Source of the DNA: a virus
Strand: one strand, 5' to 3'
Length of the DNA stretch: 64,000 bases
Virus genome (UHGV): UHGV-1364187
Position 1 is the first letter of the stretch. Each line of letters begins with the position of its first letter. The translations under genes were made by a program, and so were the position numbers. Shown piece by piece: positions 19,087-28,583 of the stretch. Under the pieces are notes generated by a model. The model saw only the letters and a program-made list of their open reading frames with translations. It did not search any database and had not been told where the DNA came from.

Positions 19087-20196
19087 TTATCTGACGCCTA
19101 TAGTACATGTAAAGTTATTCTTTTGGACATATTTTGATTCTTCGTATGAACAATTTTCTAATTCTTTTATTAGTGTTCTAGCATCACTTTGTCCAAGTAA
19201 TGTTCTTTCGCTATTCATTACAGTATTCTTTACAGGATCACATAGATTATATAAAATATTACCAATTATCTGAGACTTAGATATTTCAAATTCTTTCTTT
19301 GTATATCCATCATTTATAATATTCATTACATCATTAACGATCTCATCTTTATTTTCATATTTAGAAAATTCTATATCGATAATGAATATCTTCTTATATG
19401 TTCCTAATGGAAGTAAGATACATCTATTTCTGCAGCATATACCTTTCTCCATTCTTATTAGTTTATTAATTCTATATTGATATACAGATGTAAGAATATC
19501 ATATATTGGATTTTTATCTGCAACAAAGCTAATAAGTAATCTATTATTAGTAGTAACGTTCCATTTAAATTCATCATAACTAGTTTTAAATGTGTCTAAA
19601 TATGATTTGTTATTAATACAAGAATCTGATACATTATATTTATCCATTAACTCTCTTACATAACCCAATACAGTATTATCTGATGCTATGATAGATATTG
19701 ATGGATTTATATAATTTTCATCGTGGAATCTTTTAACTTCATCTACAGTTATATCATTAAAATTATTATCTAATCTTAATGATGTAAACTTTTCGTCAGA
19801 TGCATTGTTGTGTAATCTGTCTAGTAATACTTTGTATGGATCATTCATTGTATTAGAGTTTAATTCTCTAACAATCTTCTTTTGTTTTTCTATATCATTG
19901 AAATTTGATTCAAATATCATAGAAAATACCATATCTAACATTTCTCTTGTTTTTGATGATAAACATCTAGCATTAATACTCGTAAACATATCAGAAACAC
20001 CAATATTAATAGCACCACCAAATTCTAATGGTTTATGAATAAGATGTTTCTTCTCATAACTTTTTGATCCATTTAATAACATTTGTGATGCTAGATTTGA
20101 TACACCATTTGTATAACCTAATTGTCTACTTCTTCCTGCTAAGAAACTTACATTAATAGCACTAATACCATTATTACTTAATTCAAAATTAATCAT
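19087..20196 (-). CDS. M16 (insulinase)-like protein, probably catalytically inactive. Start moved to the SD-supported Met.
   Basis: The N-terminal region AGRSRQLGYTNGVSNLASQMLLNGSKSY aligns with the M16 zinc-binding region, but HxxEH is replaced by ASQML. SD GGGGAGAGTG lies upstream of the ATG at 20196. Confidence 0.35.
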   Translation of the reverse strand: MINFELSNNGISAINVSFLAGRSRQLGYTNGVSNLASQMLLNGSKSYEKKHLIHKPLEFGGAINIGVSDMFTSINARCLSSKTREMLDMVFSMIFESNFNDIEKQKKIVRELNSNTMNDPYKVLLDRLHNNASDEKFTSLRLDNNFNDITVDEVKRFHDENYINPSISIIASDNTVLGYVRELMDKYNVSDSCINNKSYLDTFKTSYDEFKWNVTTNNRLLISFVADKNPIYDILTSVYQYRINKLIRMEKGICCRNRCILLPLGTYKKIFIIDIEFSKYENKDEIVNDVMNIINDGYTKKEFEISKSQIIGNILYNLCDPVKNTVMNSERTLLGQSDARTLIKELENCSYEESKYVQKNNFTCTIGVR

Positions 20197-20252
20197 TATA
20201 AAACACTCTCCCCAGAATAAAATATTTTTTTCATTTGTATTTATATACACTA

Positions 20253-20270
20253 CAATAATATATAATTGAA
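20253..20270 (-). promoter_or_regulatory. Class-B promoter-like motif.
   Basis: ACAATAATATATAATTGAA. Confidence 0.4.
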
Positions 20271-20314
20271 TGCTAAAACTTTTACAAAAAATAGAAGAAG
20301 CTTAATTGCTTCTT

Positions 20315-23300
20315 CTATCTTTTAAATAATCTCTTAGTGAGATCTATAGCAGTATTTAATGTATTTCTAGATATAGTAAGATTATCAGGATTATATGGAG
20401 TATCTCTTATATATTCACTAAAGTTAAATGTATTATCTCTAGTCCCCACATACTTCATATATTTATTGAAATCATTTAATATTCTAGCTCTAATATCTAC
20501 AAATTCTTTACGTTCCTGCTTTGTCATTTTATTTATTTTCTCTTCTATTCTAGTATTAATAAACCATAACTTACATAGTTCATATTTCATTCCATCTATA
20601 TTGCCTACTTTCTCATATGACATTAGTAATTTATGTGATTTATTAAACTCTTGTTGAAAATCTATCTTCTTATTAAGAATTAAATCACCTTTATCGTTAA
20701 TAGATATCTTTGATTCAGCTTCTAACAATGAAGATTCTTTCCTTTTACTTTTAATAACTTCAACTAATCTATCCGATGCAATTTTTCTATTATGAGAATT
20801 GAATTCTAATAAAGGATTCCATCCTAAAGCTTTAATAATATTCTCATCTTTTTCAACCTTAAGTCTATTTGACCAAGCTGTTTCATAATGTTCATTATAA
20901 GCAACTTCACCATTACATCTTTTAGTATAATAATCAAACCATTCTTTTATGGTTACATTATCATTTAATATATCTTCATCATCCATTACTGTTATAGTAT
21001 CAGCAATTTCATCTGGATGATAAAATCCATCCTGTGATGTTTCCCAAGGAATCTCTGTTTCTTCTAGAATAATATTTTGTTTATAATCAAATTCCACATT
21101 ATCTAAATAATCTCTCATTTTATTATTCTTTCCTATTTTGATTTTTACTCCATGTCTCATTGAAGCTACACATATAGCATTACATAATTTATTCATATAC
21201 TTTTTATCACATTTATTGAACCATCTTACTGCTTGTATAACATGTTCTTTATCAATAAGAGGATATTTTCTTTCTTCTGGAATTCCAAAGTCGTCATCTT
21301 TAAGAGCATTTCTTTCTTTAGTTGAAAGATCAGCTTCTGTTAAATAATCACATACATTTATTCCAGTAATATCATCTGTTTTAGATAAGTCTTCACATTC
21401 ATCATCAGAATGTAAATAATTTGATAATAGATGAGATGATTCGTTGTGTATATATGCATGTATACTAATATCTTTATTATACTGTAACTCTCCATCTAAT
21501 GTAATATAATCTGTAAGTTTGCTTCCATATGTAGGAATATTATACATTCCTAATTCAATAATTCTCTTTTTGATATTATCAGCTAATTCTTGTTTATATT
21601 CATCTTTACAGTGATTAAAACAATTAGCGATAATTTGTATTACATCATTTGGTGTTTGTAGTGGATATTTTCTTTGTTCTGGTAGACCATATACTTCTAT
21701 AACTCTATCAAAGTTCTTATATAATTCTCCACATTTATAACAAATTCCAGTATTATTCCAATCATCTTCTGTATATATAAGTGCATCACATTTATTACAT
21801 TTATAATGACTACCAATTGACATTTCTTCTGTTATTGCACATTCTTCATTTATAGAAGATTTCATCTTATTTTTTACTATATTAGCAATAATGTTCATAT
21901 CTTTAATCATATCATCTACTTTAAATCCACTTGGTTTAAATCCTATGTCATTTTTCTCTGATAAATTTATAATATATTTACTAGCCCATTCTAGTCCATC
22001 TTTAGTATGTTTTCTATGAAGCTCTTTTTCAAATACTTCTATAGATTGAAGACATTTTTCCCAATCGGATTTCTTATTACTCTTTAATGCTTTTCTAATA
22101 GCTGAATTTGGATCTGGTAAATTTGGACTAAAGAATTCTCTTACTTCCATAATATTAGCTTCATTTAATACAGTTCCATCTTTATTGATTTTCTTAATCC
22201 ATTTCCAATTCCATCTATATAATTCAGCTTCATATTCATTATCAGGACCATATTTATATTTCATACCCTCTTCGTGAGCATCTTCAACCTTAATATCTCC
22301 TATATATTTTAATTTTACACTATTAGTTATCCATACTTCATTAGTAATATTACAATCTGGTACTTGATAAACTGATGGTTTTACTTGTTTTATATTATCC
22401 ATAACTATTTCGTGTACACATAATGTCTTACCTTTAAGATTCATACTCATTGCTGTTAAACATCCGTTTATACTTGTAGAACAGCATACTCTACATGTAG
22501 TATTATCTTCGTATCCATTTTTAGTAAGAAAATTATCTGGTACTATTGGATTTAATATAACTCCATCCATATTTGTTGAAGATACAAAGAATAGTTTTTT
22601 ATAGTCACATTTTGTTTGTCTATGTTCTTTTGGTACTCTATGATCTTCTACCCATTCTTCCGCATATACTTGTCGTTGTATTGTATTTAATTCAATATAA
22701 GACTCCATAATATTTCTTTTAAGTTTTCTTATATTACTTTTTACTTTAGATTCTTTATAATCATTTATCTTCCCTTCATATACTTTATATACAACATTAG
22801 AAGTTGCAAATTCTTGTGGTCTTACTAATGCTGAATCTTTTTGATTTACATTTACCCCACCAAGCTTTAACATAGAATCAACAAATTGAGAACAAAACAT
22901 TTTATCATCTCTATTGATTGGTTTATTTAATAATACTCCGAATAATCCAAGAATACTATATGAATATTCTTTAATATGATCTATAAAGTATTGGATCTGT
23001 TGTTTTATTTTTTCTATGTTTATCTTTGGTATTAATACACAGAATACTCCAATATTAATATTACCAAATTTCTTTTTAAACATATCGAAAGACTCTTTAA
23101 CAAATCCATCGAAATTAAAACTAAATATATTATTCATCTTTGCATCAAATGATAATGATACATGTGTGTAATCATCTCCAGTAAAAGCTCTAATAGTTTT
23201 AGACATTATAGAACCAGTAGTAGTCAATAATATATATACTGGTGATAATTCATCATTATTATTAGATTCATTAATAGTAACTTCTTGTGTTAAATCTAGA

Positions 23301-23323
23301 AATCCTACATTATCTAATATCAT
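20315..23323 (-). CDS. Large hypothetical protein of 1002 aa. N-terminal LRAT/NlpC-P60-like permuted papain-fold domain, with two copies of a ~45-aa 'PE(E/Q)RKYPL...VIQ..FN.C' module.
   Basis: YTHVSLSFD (His) followed ~60 aa later by MFCSQFVDSML (the Cys nucleophile, like NCEHFV in LRAT-family proteins). Internal duplication YGLPEQRKYPLQTPNDVIQIIANCFNHC and FGIPEERKYPLIDKEHVIQAVRWFNKC. Confidence 0.4.
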   Translation of the reverse strand: MILDNVGFLDLTQEVTINESNNNDELSPVYILLTTTGSIMSKTIRAFTGDDYTHVSLSFDAKMNNIFSFNFDGFVKESFDMFKKKFGNINIGVFCVLIPKINIEKIKQQIQYFIDHIKEYSYSILGLFGVLLNKPINRDDKMFCSQFVDSMLKLGGVNVNQKDSALVRPQEFATSNVVYKVYEGKINDYKESKVKSNIRKLKRNIMESYIELNTIQRQVYAEEWVEDHRVPKEHRQTKCDYKKLFFVSSTNMDGVILNPIVPDNFLTKNGYEDNTTCRVCCSTSINGCLTAMSMNLKGKTLCVHEIVMDNIKQVKPSVYQVPDCNITNEVWITNSVKLKYIGDIKVEDAHEEGMKYKYGPDNEYEAELYRWNWKWIKKINKDGTVLNEANIMEVREFFSPNLPDPNSAIRKALKSNKKSDWEKCLQSIEVFEKELHRKHTKDGLEWASKYIINLSEKNDIGFKPSGFKVDDMIKDMNIIANIVKNKMKSSINEECAITEEMSIGSHYKCNKCDALIYTEDDWNNTGICYKCGELYKNFDRVIEVYGLPEQRKYPLQTPNDVIQIIANCFNHCKDEYKQELADNIKKRIIELGMYNIPTYGSKLTDYITLDGELQYNKDISIHAYIHNESSHLLSNYLHSDDECEDLSKTDDITGINVCDYLTEADLSTKERNALKDDDFGIPEERKYPLIDKEHVIQAVRWFNKCDKKYMNKLCNAICVASMRHGVKIKIGKNNKMRDYLDNVEFDYKQNIILEETEIPWETSQDGFYHPDEIADTITVMDDEDILNDNVTIKEWFDYYTKRCNGEVAYNEHYETAWSNRLKVEKDENIIKALGWNPLLEFNSHNRKIASDRLVEVIKSKRKESSLLEAESKISINDKGDLILNKKIDFQQEFNKSHKLLMSYEKVGNIDGMKYELCKLWFINTRIEEKINKMTKQERKEFVDIRARILNDFNKYMKYVGTRDNTFNFSEYIRDTPYNPDNLTISRNTLNTAIDLTKRLFKR

Positions 23324-23378
23324 TATAATTCCTCCTTATATATAATTTAATTATTTCAATGTTCCAATATCTTAAATA

Positions 23379-23405
23379 CACAAAAAATAAAAGAAGGGTA
23401 AAACC
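23379..23405 (-). terminator. Hairpin AAAAGAAGGGT...ACCCTTCTTTT.
   Basis: 11-bp stem plus a T-tract. Confidence 0.6.
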
Positions 23406-23415
23406 CTTCTTTTAT

Positions 23416-24027
23416 TTATAATTGTTTTTGTTTCATTAATTCTACTCTATCTACAATCATTTTATAATACTCATTATATTGTTCTTCATCAAATTCTGGA
23501 ACAATGCCACTAAAATTATCTCTTAACTTTTCTAGTATTTCTATAGCTTTATCTATACCATAGATATTTGTAATATTCATATCAGCATAATGTTCATTTT
23601 CTAATGTTATATCAAAAGAACGTTTTCCTGTTTCTATCATCTTATTTACATGTCCAAATTCATGAGCTTTTAATATTTCAATATCTTCATCACTAAATCC
23701 ATTCTTTCTCATTATTTCATAATCAATAAATATAACGAAAAAATCTGAATCTGTAATTTTATCTGGATAATATCCATAATATACATATATCATAGGGTTA
23801 TGTTGATATGCATTACTAATCATTCTGTATAATACATAATCTTCTTTATCATCTATATTTTTGTATCTTAATCCTTTATATGTATCAAATTTACATTCTA
23901 CGATTCTACATAATGCTGTAAGGTATTGCTCTTGAATATCTATTCTATCGACTTTTTCTCTTATAACTTTCTTAGATTTAGAATTAAATCTGTAACCACC
24001 AAATGTATATCTTTTCATTTTAAACAA
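23416..24027 (-). CDS. Putative zinc metallopeptidase-like protein of 203 aa (HEFGH). Paralog of the 27226 product.
   Basis: HExxH motif AHEFGHV. The N-terminus MKRYTFGGYRFNSKSKK resembles MSRYINGFGYRFNKASNK of the 27226 product. Confidence 0.4.
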   Translation of the reverse strand: MFKMKRYTFGGYRFNSKSKKVIREKVDRIDIQEQYLTALCRIVECKFDTYKGLRYKNIDDKEDYVLYRMISNAYQHNPMIYVYYGYYPDKITDSDFFVIFIDYEIMRKNGFSDEDIEILKAHEFGHVNKMIETGKRSFDITLENEHYADMNITNIYGIDKAIEILEKLRDNFSGIVPEFDEEQYNEYYKMIVDRVELMKQKQL

Positions 24028-24049
24028 CTCCTTTAAATTTATATTATAC

Positions 24050-24421
24050 TTAAACTAATGTAAGTCTTGCAACTTTTGTTACAATATCATCAAATACTTT
24101 ATTACCAAAATATGGTATTGATTCTAAATTTGTTCTGTGGTATATCGGATACATATACACTATAGCATTAGTACTATCTTGATAAGAAACTGATGTGATC
24201 TTAATATCAAATTTTCCCATATGATGAAATACTTCTACAAATAAATCAGTAATCTTAAGTTTTGATAAATCATCATGTACAATAGGTCTTTCTGTACCAA
24301 ATTTAGAAAATAATTTAGATACAACTTTATGACTTGAATCGTACCTTTGGTTTAGTACACATATATGGTTAATACCATTAACTGTATACATATTGTAAAT
24401 TTCTCTTTGTGTGTTATTCAT
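24050..24421 (-). CDS. Hypothetical protein of 123 aa.
   Basis: ORF with SD AAGGAGTCG. Confidence 0.6.
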   Translation of the reverse strand: MNNTQREIYNMYTVNGINHICVLNQRYDSSHKVVSKLFSKFGTERPIVHDDLSKLKITDLFVEVFHHMGKFDIKITSVSYQDSTNAIVYMYPIYHRTNLESIPYFGNKVFDDIVTKVARLTLV

Positions 24422-24543
24422 AATAAACGACTCCTTTAAATTTATATTATACTTTATTACACTAATATAATATATGATTATATATTTGTACTTTTACAAA
24501 TATATAATAAAAGAGAAGACTATTTGTCTTCTCTTTTATTATT

Positions 24544-25425
24544 TTATTTTTCACAATATGGATCATATTCAATTCCACGTAAAGCATGTTTCAATCCTAA
24601 TGGTAATAAATCAGTATCTAAATTAATACATTCTATATTTTTAATATGTGGTCTTAATGAATTGATGAATGGGTTAGATCTTCCTCCATCAATATACATA
24701 AATATTTCTCTAGAAATACATTTATAATTACGATTCATAATACAAACCATTTCATTTATATACTTAATCATATCTCTATCAGATTCAAAAATTTCATACC
24801 ATTTTGGAATGTATATTTTTGGCGATAACTCTGCTTGTTCATCTAATGTGATTTGATGTGCATATACAACTCCAAGTTTTAATATATCATTATCATCTTC
24901 TTTAAAGTCTTAAACAACTTTATCATAATCATCATATATAATCATATCAACAGTAGTATTTTCTGATTTAAGTTTATTGATTTCCTTTTCACTTCCAACA
25001 TATGTAGTATTTCCAGTAACATTAGATACAATTTTTAATAATTTAGTACAAGAATTTGTAATAATACATATATTATTAAAGATGATGATATCTCTTATAT
25101 GTTGTAATTTCAGATTTATATCTGTTTGATTATTTGATTTTTATTACAATATAATTTGTCTCTTCTTTGTATATATACTGTAATGAACAGTTAATAACTC
25201 CAATAATACAGTCTTATGGGTCATTCTTGGTGACATAATTAACATATTTTGATTATGTTTGTATGAATAAAATATATTATTCTTAAATGTATTAATATTA
25301 TATGGATATTATCCATATGTATGTAATTCTACTCTTCTAAATAGAGATAAAAAACAATTTAAATTGTCTTCTCCATCTTTTAAAATCTTTTCAAATATTT
25401 TTTTTTCTGAATCGCTAATTTTCAT
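24544..25425 (-). pseudogene. Disrupted gene carrying an in-frame TAA and frame breaks.
   Basis: The start MKISDSEKK at 25425 has a good SD, but the frame ends after 39 aa. The downstream frames encode ...GSEKEINKLKSENTTVDMIIYDDYDKVV-stop-DFKEDDNDILKLGVVYAHQ... and continue into the ORF 24544..24771. No ORF of 60 aa or more spans 24772..25420. Confidence 0.45.
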
Positions 25426-25664
25426 AATGACACACTCCTCATTTTTCTTTTTTCTTCTAATTCTTTTATCTTATTATTTGTAGGATTTGTGATACTTTCA
25501 TATACATTTTTGGCATAATTTTCTTGCCAAAATTTTTCTCTTTTCCAAAAACAAACATTTTTTACATTATTATATATTTGGATACATGTCATAACCTCTA
25601 CTGGTCCCCACTGACCATCAGCTGCACGATCATTACACCATCTTGTATATTCTTTAAATGTCAT
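25422..25664 (-). CDS. Hypothetical protein of 80 aa.
   Basis: ORF with SD AAGGAGGTG. Confidence 0.6.
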   Translation of the reverse strand: MTFKEYTRWCNDRAADGQWGPVEVMTCIQIYNNVKNVCFWKREKFWQENYAKNVYESITNPTNNKIKELEEKRKMRSVSL

Positions 25665-25713
25665 TGTTACACCTCCTTATATTATATCTGTGTTATAGAC
25701 ATAATTAAAAAAT

Positions 25714-25740
25714 AAAAGAAGAGTTTAGAACTCTTCTTTT
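25714..25740 (-). terminator. Hairpin AAAAGAAGAGTT...AACTCTTCTTTT.
   Basis: 12-bp stem. Confidence 0.6.
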
Positions 25741-26093
25741 ATTATCTTTTTTATTTTTATATCTTTAAACTCATATGTATCTTCTGTATATATTTCATCA
25801 TATATAACAATAATATTTTCATTCTTAGAGAGCATATCATATATAGATTTATCAACTTCTGTGTGTTTAATATATACATGTTCACCATTATTGATTTCTA
25901 TATCTATCATATAATCATCTGGTAGTGGCATCATCATATACGTTTTACCTACTTTATAAAACATAGAACCACCATCTTCCACAGTCTTATCAATAATAGT
26001 CCCTTCTGATTTACATTCTACTGTAATTGCGTTACAACCTATAACTGATAACATCACTAAAGTTAATACAATTATTCTTACTATTCTATTCAT
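25725..26093 (-). CDS. Putative lipoprotein of ~122 aa.
   Basis: N-terminus MNRIVRIIVLTLVMLSVIGC has a lipobox-like VIGC. SD AAGGAGAA. Confidence 0.5.
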   Translation of the reverse strand: MNRIVRIIVLTLVMLSVIGCNAITVECKSEGTIIDKTVEDGGSMFYKVGKTYMMMPLPDDYMIDIEINNGEHVYIKHTEVDKSIYDMLSKNENIIVIYDEIYTEDTYEFKDIKIKKIIKEEF

Positions 26094-26106
26094 ATACAAA
26101 TTCTCC

Positions 26107-26457
26107 TTATAAATCAGCACTCATTATATCAAAACCTACATGACTTCTATTTAAATAAGATAGTTTTTGATCTAATTCGTATAGATTTTCTTTAACTTGA
26201 CATTTCTCACATAAACATTTATGATCTATTTCATCCCATATTGTAATACGTGCTTCACAATAATTACATCTTTCAATATATTCATTTGCGTCTTTATATA
26301 ATAATTGTTTTACTAATGATAACTCTCTTTCACGAAATGGATCCATATAAGCTTCCCATATAGGAACTTTTTCTACCTTAAATAATGATATAACTCCAAG
26401 ATTTAAACCATCATCTCTAAATATTCTATCCTGTGTAAGATCTATTCTCTCGTCCAT
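26107..26457 (-). CDS. Hypothetical protein of 116 aa with a Cys4 zinc-ribbon-like motif.
   Basis: CNYC...CLCEKC. Confidence 0.6.
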   Translation of the reverse strand: MDERIDLTQDRIFRDDGLNLGVISLFKVEKVPIWEAYMDPFRERELSLVKQLLYKDANEYIERCNYCEARITIWDEIDHKCLCEKCQVKENLYELDQKLSYLNRSHVGFDIMSADL

Positions 26458-26468
26458 ATGATCACCTA

Positions 26469-27179
26469 TTAATTTGTAGTAGTTGTAGTATTAGTTATAT
26501 TATCACTATATGTCCATTCTCCGATTTTGATTATGTTTTTAGGACTTAGGTCATCTTTAATTTCTTTTAATGTTTCTGGAGTTACAGCTTCATAAACACT
26601 CATATCTTTAGAGTTTGATTTCATTTCAACTATCATTCTATCTAATGTGAGATCACAATATTCATCTACCCAATCTACAATGAAATAGAATCTATTATTA
26701 ATAACTCTATTCTTTTTATCTAAGAAAATACCAATTACAATCGGATCTTTTTCTCTTCTTTGTTTCTCAACTTTCTTTTCATCCTTTCCAGTATAATCTG
26801 TATATATTACATACAATTCATCAAAGATATCTTTTGCAATTGCTATTTTTTCTACAACATCATCTGGAATGTCTCTTTCAAATCTTTCTAACTCAATAAC
26901 TTTTACTACTCTATCTCCGACAATATCAATATATTCAGATACATCTTCTCTTTGAATATATTTAGTAAATCCATTTGCAATTGCTTTTCTTTCTTTTTCT
27001 ACACAATCAATATAGAAAATAAGACGCTTTAATGCTTCTTTTTGTCCTGTAATCTTATACTTTTTTACTAATGATAGACATTGATTATAGAAAGCGTCCA
27101 ATTTTTCATCATCAATATTTTCTTTCTTTGCTTTAAGTGTTACAAAATATTCTGTTGCTGTAATTTTATTCTCTTCCAT
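26469..27179 (-). CDS. Hypothetical protein of 236 aa.
   Basis: ORF with SD. Confidence 0.7.
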   Translation of the reverse strand: MEENKITATEYFVTLKAKKENIDDEKLDAFYNQCLSLVKKYKITGQKEALKRLIFYIDCVEKERKAIANGFTKYIQREDVSEYIDIVGDRVVKVIELERFERDIPDDVVEKIAIAKDIFDELYVIYTDYTGKDEKKVEKQRREKDPIVIGIFLDKKNRVINNRFYFIVDWVDEYCDLTLDRMIVEMKSNSKDMSVYEAVTPETLKEIKDDLSPKNIIKIGEWTYSDNITNTTTTTN

Positions 27180-27225
27180 TTTTATCTCTCCTTTTTTATT
27201 TAATATATAAAATGTAAAGGTAGAA

Positions 27226-27801
27226 TTAATCTTCTACCTTTACATCTTCTTTCTGTTGTTTCATTTTTAATTCTATTTCCTTACTTACTGCATAGCAAAA
27301 ATTCCTAGCTAAATTTTTATCTTTTATATAATCTTTGAGTTTATTCACAATACTAAGTATTAATTGTAACTCTTCAAGTTTATTAAAATGATTAATGATA
27401 GTAGTATTTAAATGTATATTTGTTAGATTTTTAATTTGTGTTATAGAATAATATATAACTCTTCTTAATAGAGTATACTCATCTTGAGTTATATTATTGT
27501 CTTTTAATAGATTATCATTCATAAATATCACATATGTATCTATATCCTGATCGTGGTTAATGATTACTGGATAGTCATATAGATATCTCCATAGCATAGA
27601 TCCAAGTATAGTATCGTTAACTTCGTATATATTGTATATATTGTTATCTATAGTACAATATTTTTGTTCAGTATATGATTGTATTGATTTGTATAAATGT
27701 GTATATATTTTATTAAAACTTATTTCGTTAATCTTATCAAATTTGTATTTATTTGAAGCTTTATTGAATCTATATCCAAATCCATTAATATATCTACTCA
27801 T
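27226..27801 (-). CDS. Hypothetical protein of 191 aa, a paralog of the 23416 product that lacks HExxH.
   Basis: Shared N-terminal and central similarity. Confidence 0.65.
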   Translation of the reverse strand: MSRYINGFGYRFNKASNKYKFDKINEISFNKIYTHLYKSIQSYTEQKYCTIDNNIYNIYEVNDTILGSMLWRYLYDYPVIINHDQDIDTYVIFMNDNLLKDNNITQDEYTLLRRVIYYSITQIKNLTNIHLNTTIINHFNKLEELQLILSIVNKLKDYIKDKNLARNFCYAVSKEIELKMKQQKEDVKVED

Positions 27802-27986
27802 ATCTTTAATCCCCCTTATCTATCTTTTAAGGGTTCTTAGTCAACGCCTTTAAAAGCCCATTAGTATTTTGTTAGAACTTTAATAAAATTTAAATATTAA
27901 CGATAATAAACATTATAGTAAAGAAGTTGAGTTACATAAACCGACATAGATGTAACGATCTTCAATATTATCGTTTTAGAGCCTTC

Positions 27987-28033
27987 TTGAATAAAGATAA
28001 GTAAATAAATAGGATTGGACGACCTATTTATTT
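27987..28033. terminator. Long hairpin (19-bp perfect stem AGATAAGTAAATAAATAGG...CCTATTTATTTACTTATCT).
   Basis: Seen directly, in the 245-nt intergenic region 27802..28047. Confidence 0.5.
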
Positions 28034-28047
28034 ACTTATCTCTTTTT

Positions 28048-28491
28048 CTATTGCATAAGACAATGATTTTGATTTTCTAAGTATTTCAAATATACTTTAG
28101 TCAACTCTGTAAGTTGACCTAATGATTTAAGTTTTAATAATCCTTCAATATTCACATATTGAATAGTTGAATGTTTATCTGGTTCGTTATTCTTAATAAA
28201 ATTTTCAAAAGAATAAATTTCAAATAATACACCATCTGATTCAAGATGTTTATTGTTTAATTCATACTCGATATGAGCAGAACATAATAATTCTAATTCT
28301 CTAACATCAATATTCAATTCTTCTTTGAGTTCCCTTTTAATAGCACTAATAGGACCTTCATTATTTAGTACTTTACCAATAGGAATAGTATAGAGTTTAT
28401 ATTTTTCATGATATAATATTAATATATTCCCTTCATTATCTTTAATAATCCCTCCTACAGTATCATGTGGTTTAAAGTCTTCTTCATACAT
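28048..28491 (-). CDS. Nudix hydrolase.
   Basis: Nudix box GKVLNNEGPISAIKRELKEELNI (G-x5-E-x7-REL-x-EEL). Confidence 0.75.
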   Translation of the reverse strand: MYEEDFKPHDTVGGIIKDNEGNILILYHEKYKLYTIPIGKVLNNEGPISAIKRELKEELNIDVRELELLCSAHIEYELNNKHLESDGVLFEIYSFENFIKNNEPDKHSTIQYVNIEGLLKLKSLGQLTELTKVYLKYLENQNHCLMQ

Positions 28492-28583
28492 AATTATAAT
28501 TCCTCCTTATATATAATATCAATATTATAATATATGATTATAACTTTTTTTACTTATTGAAAAGTTATAATCATATATTTTTA

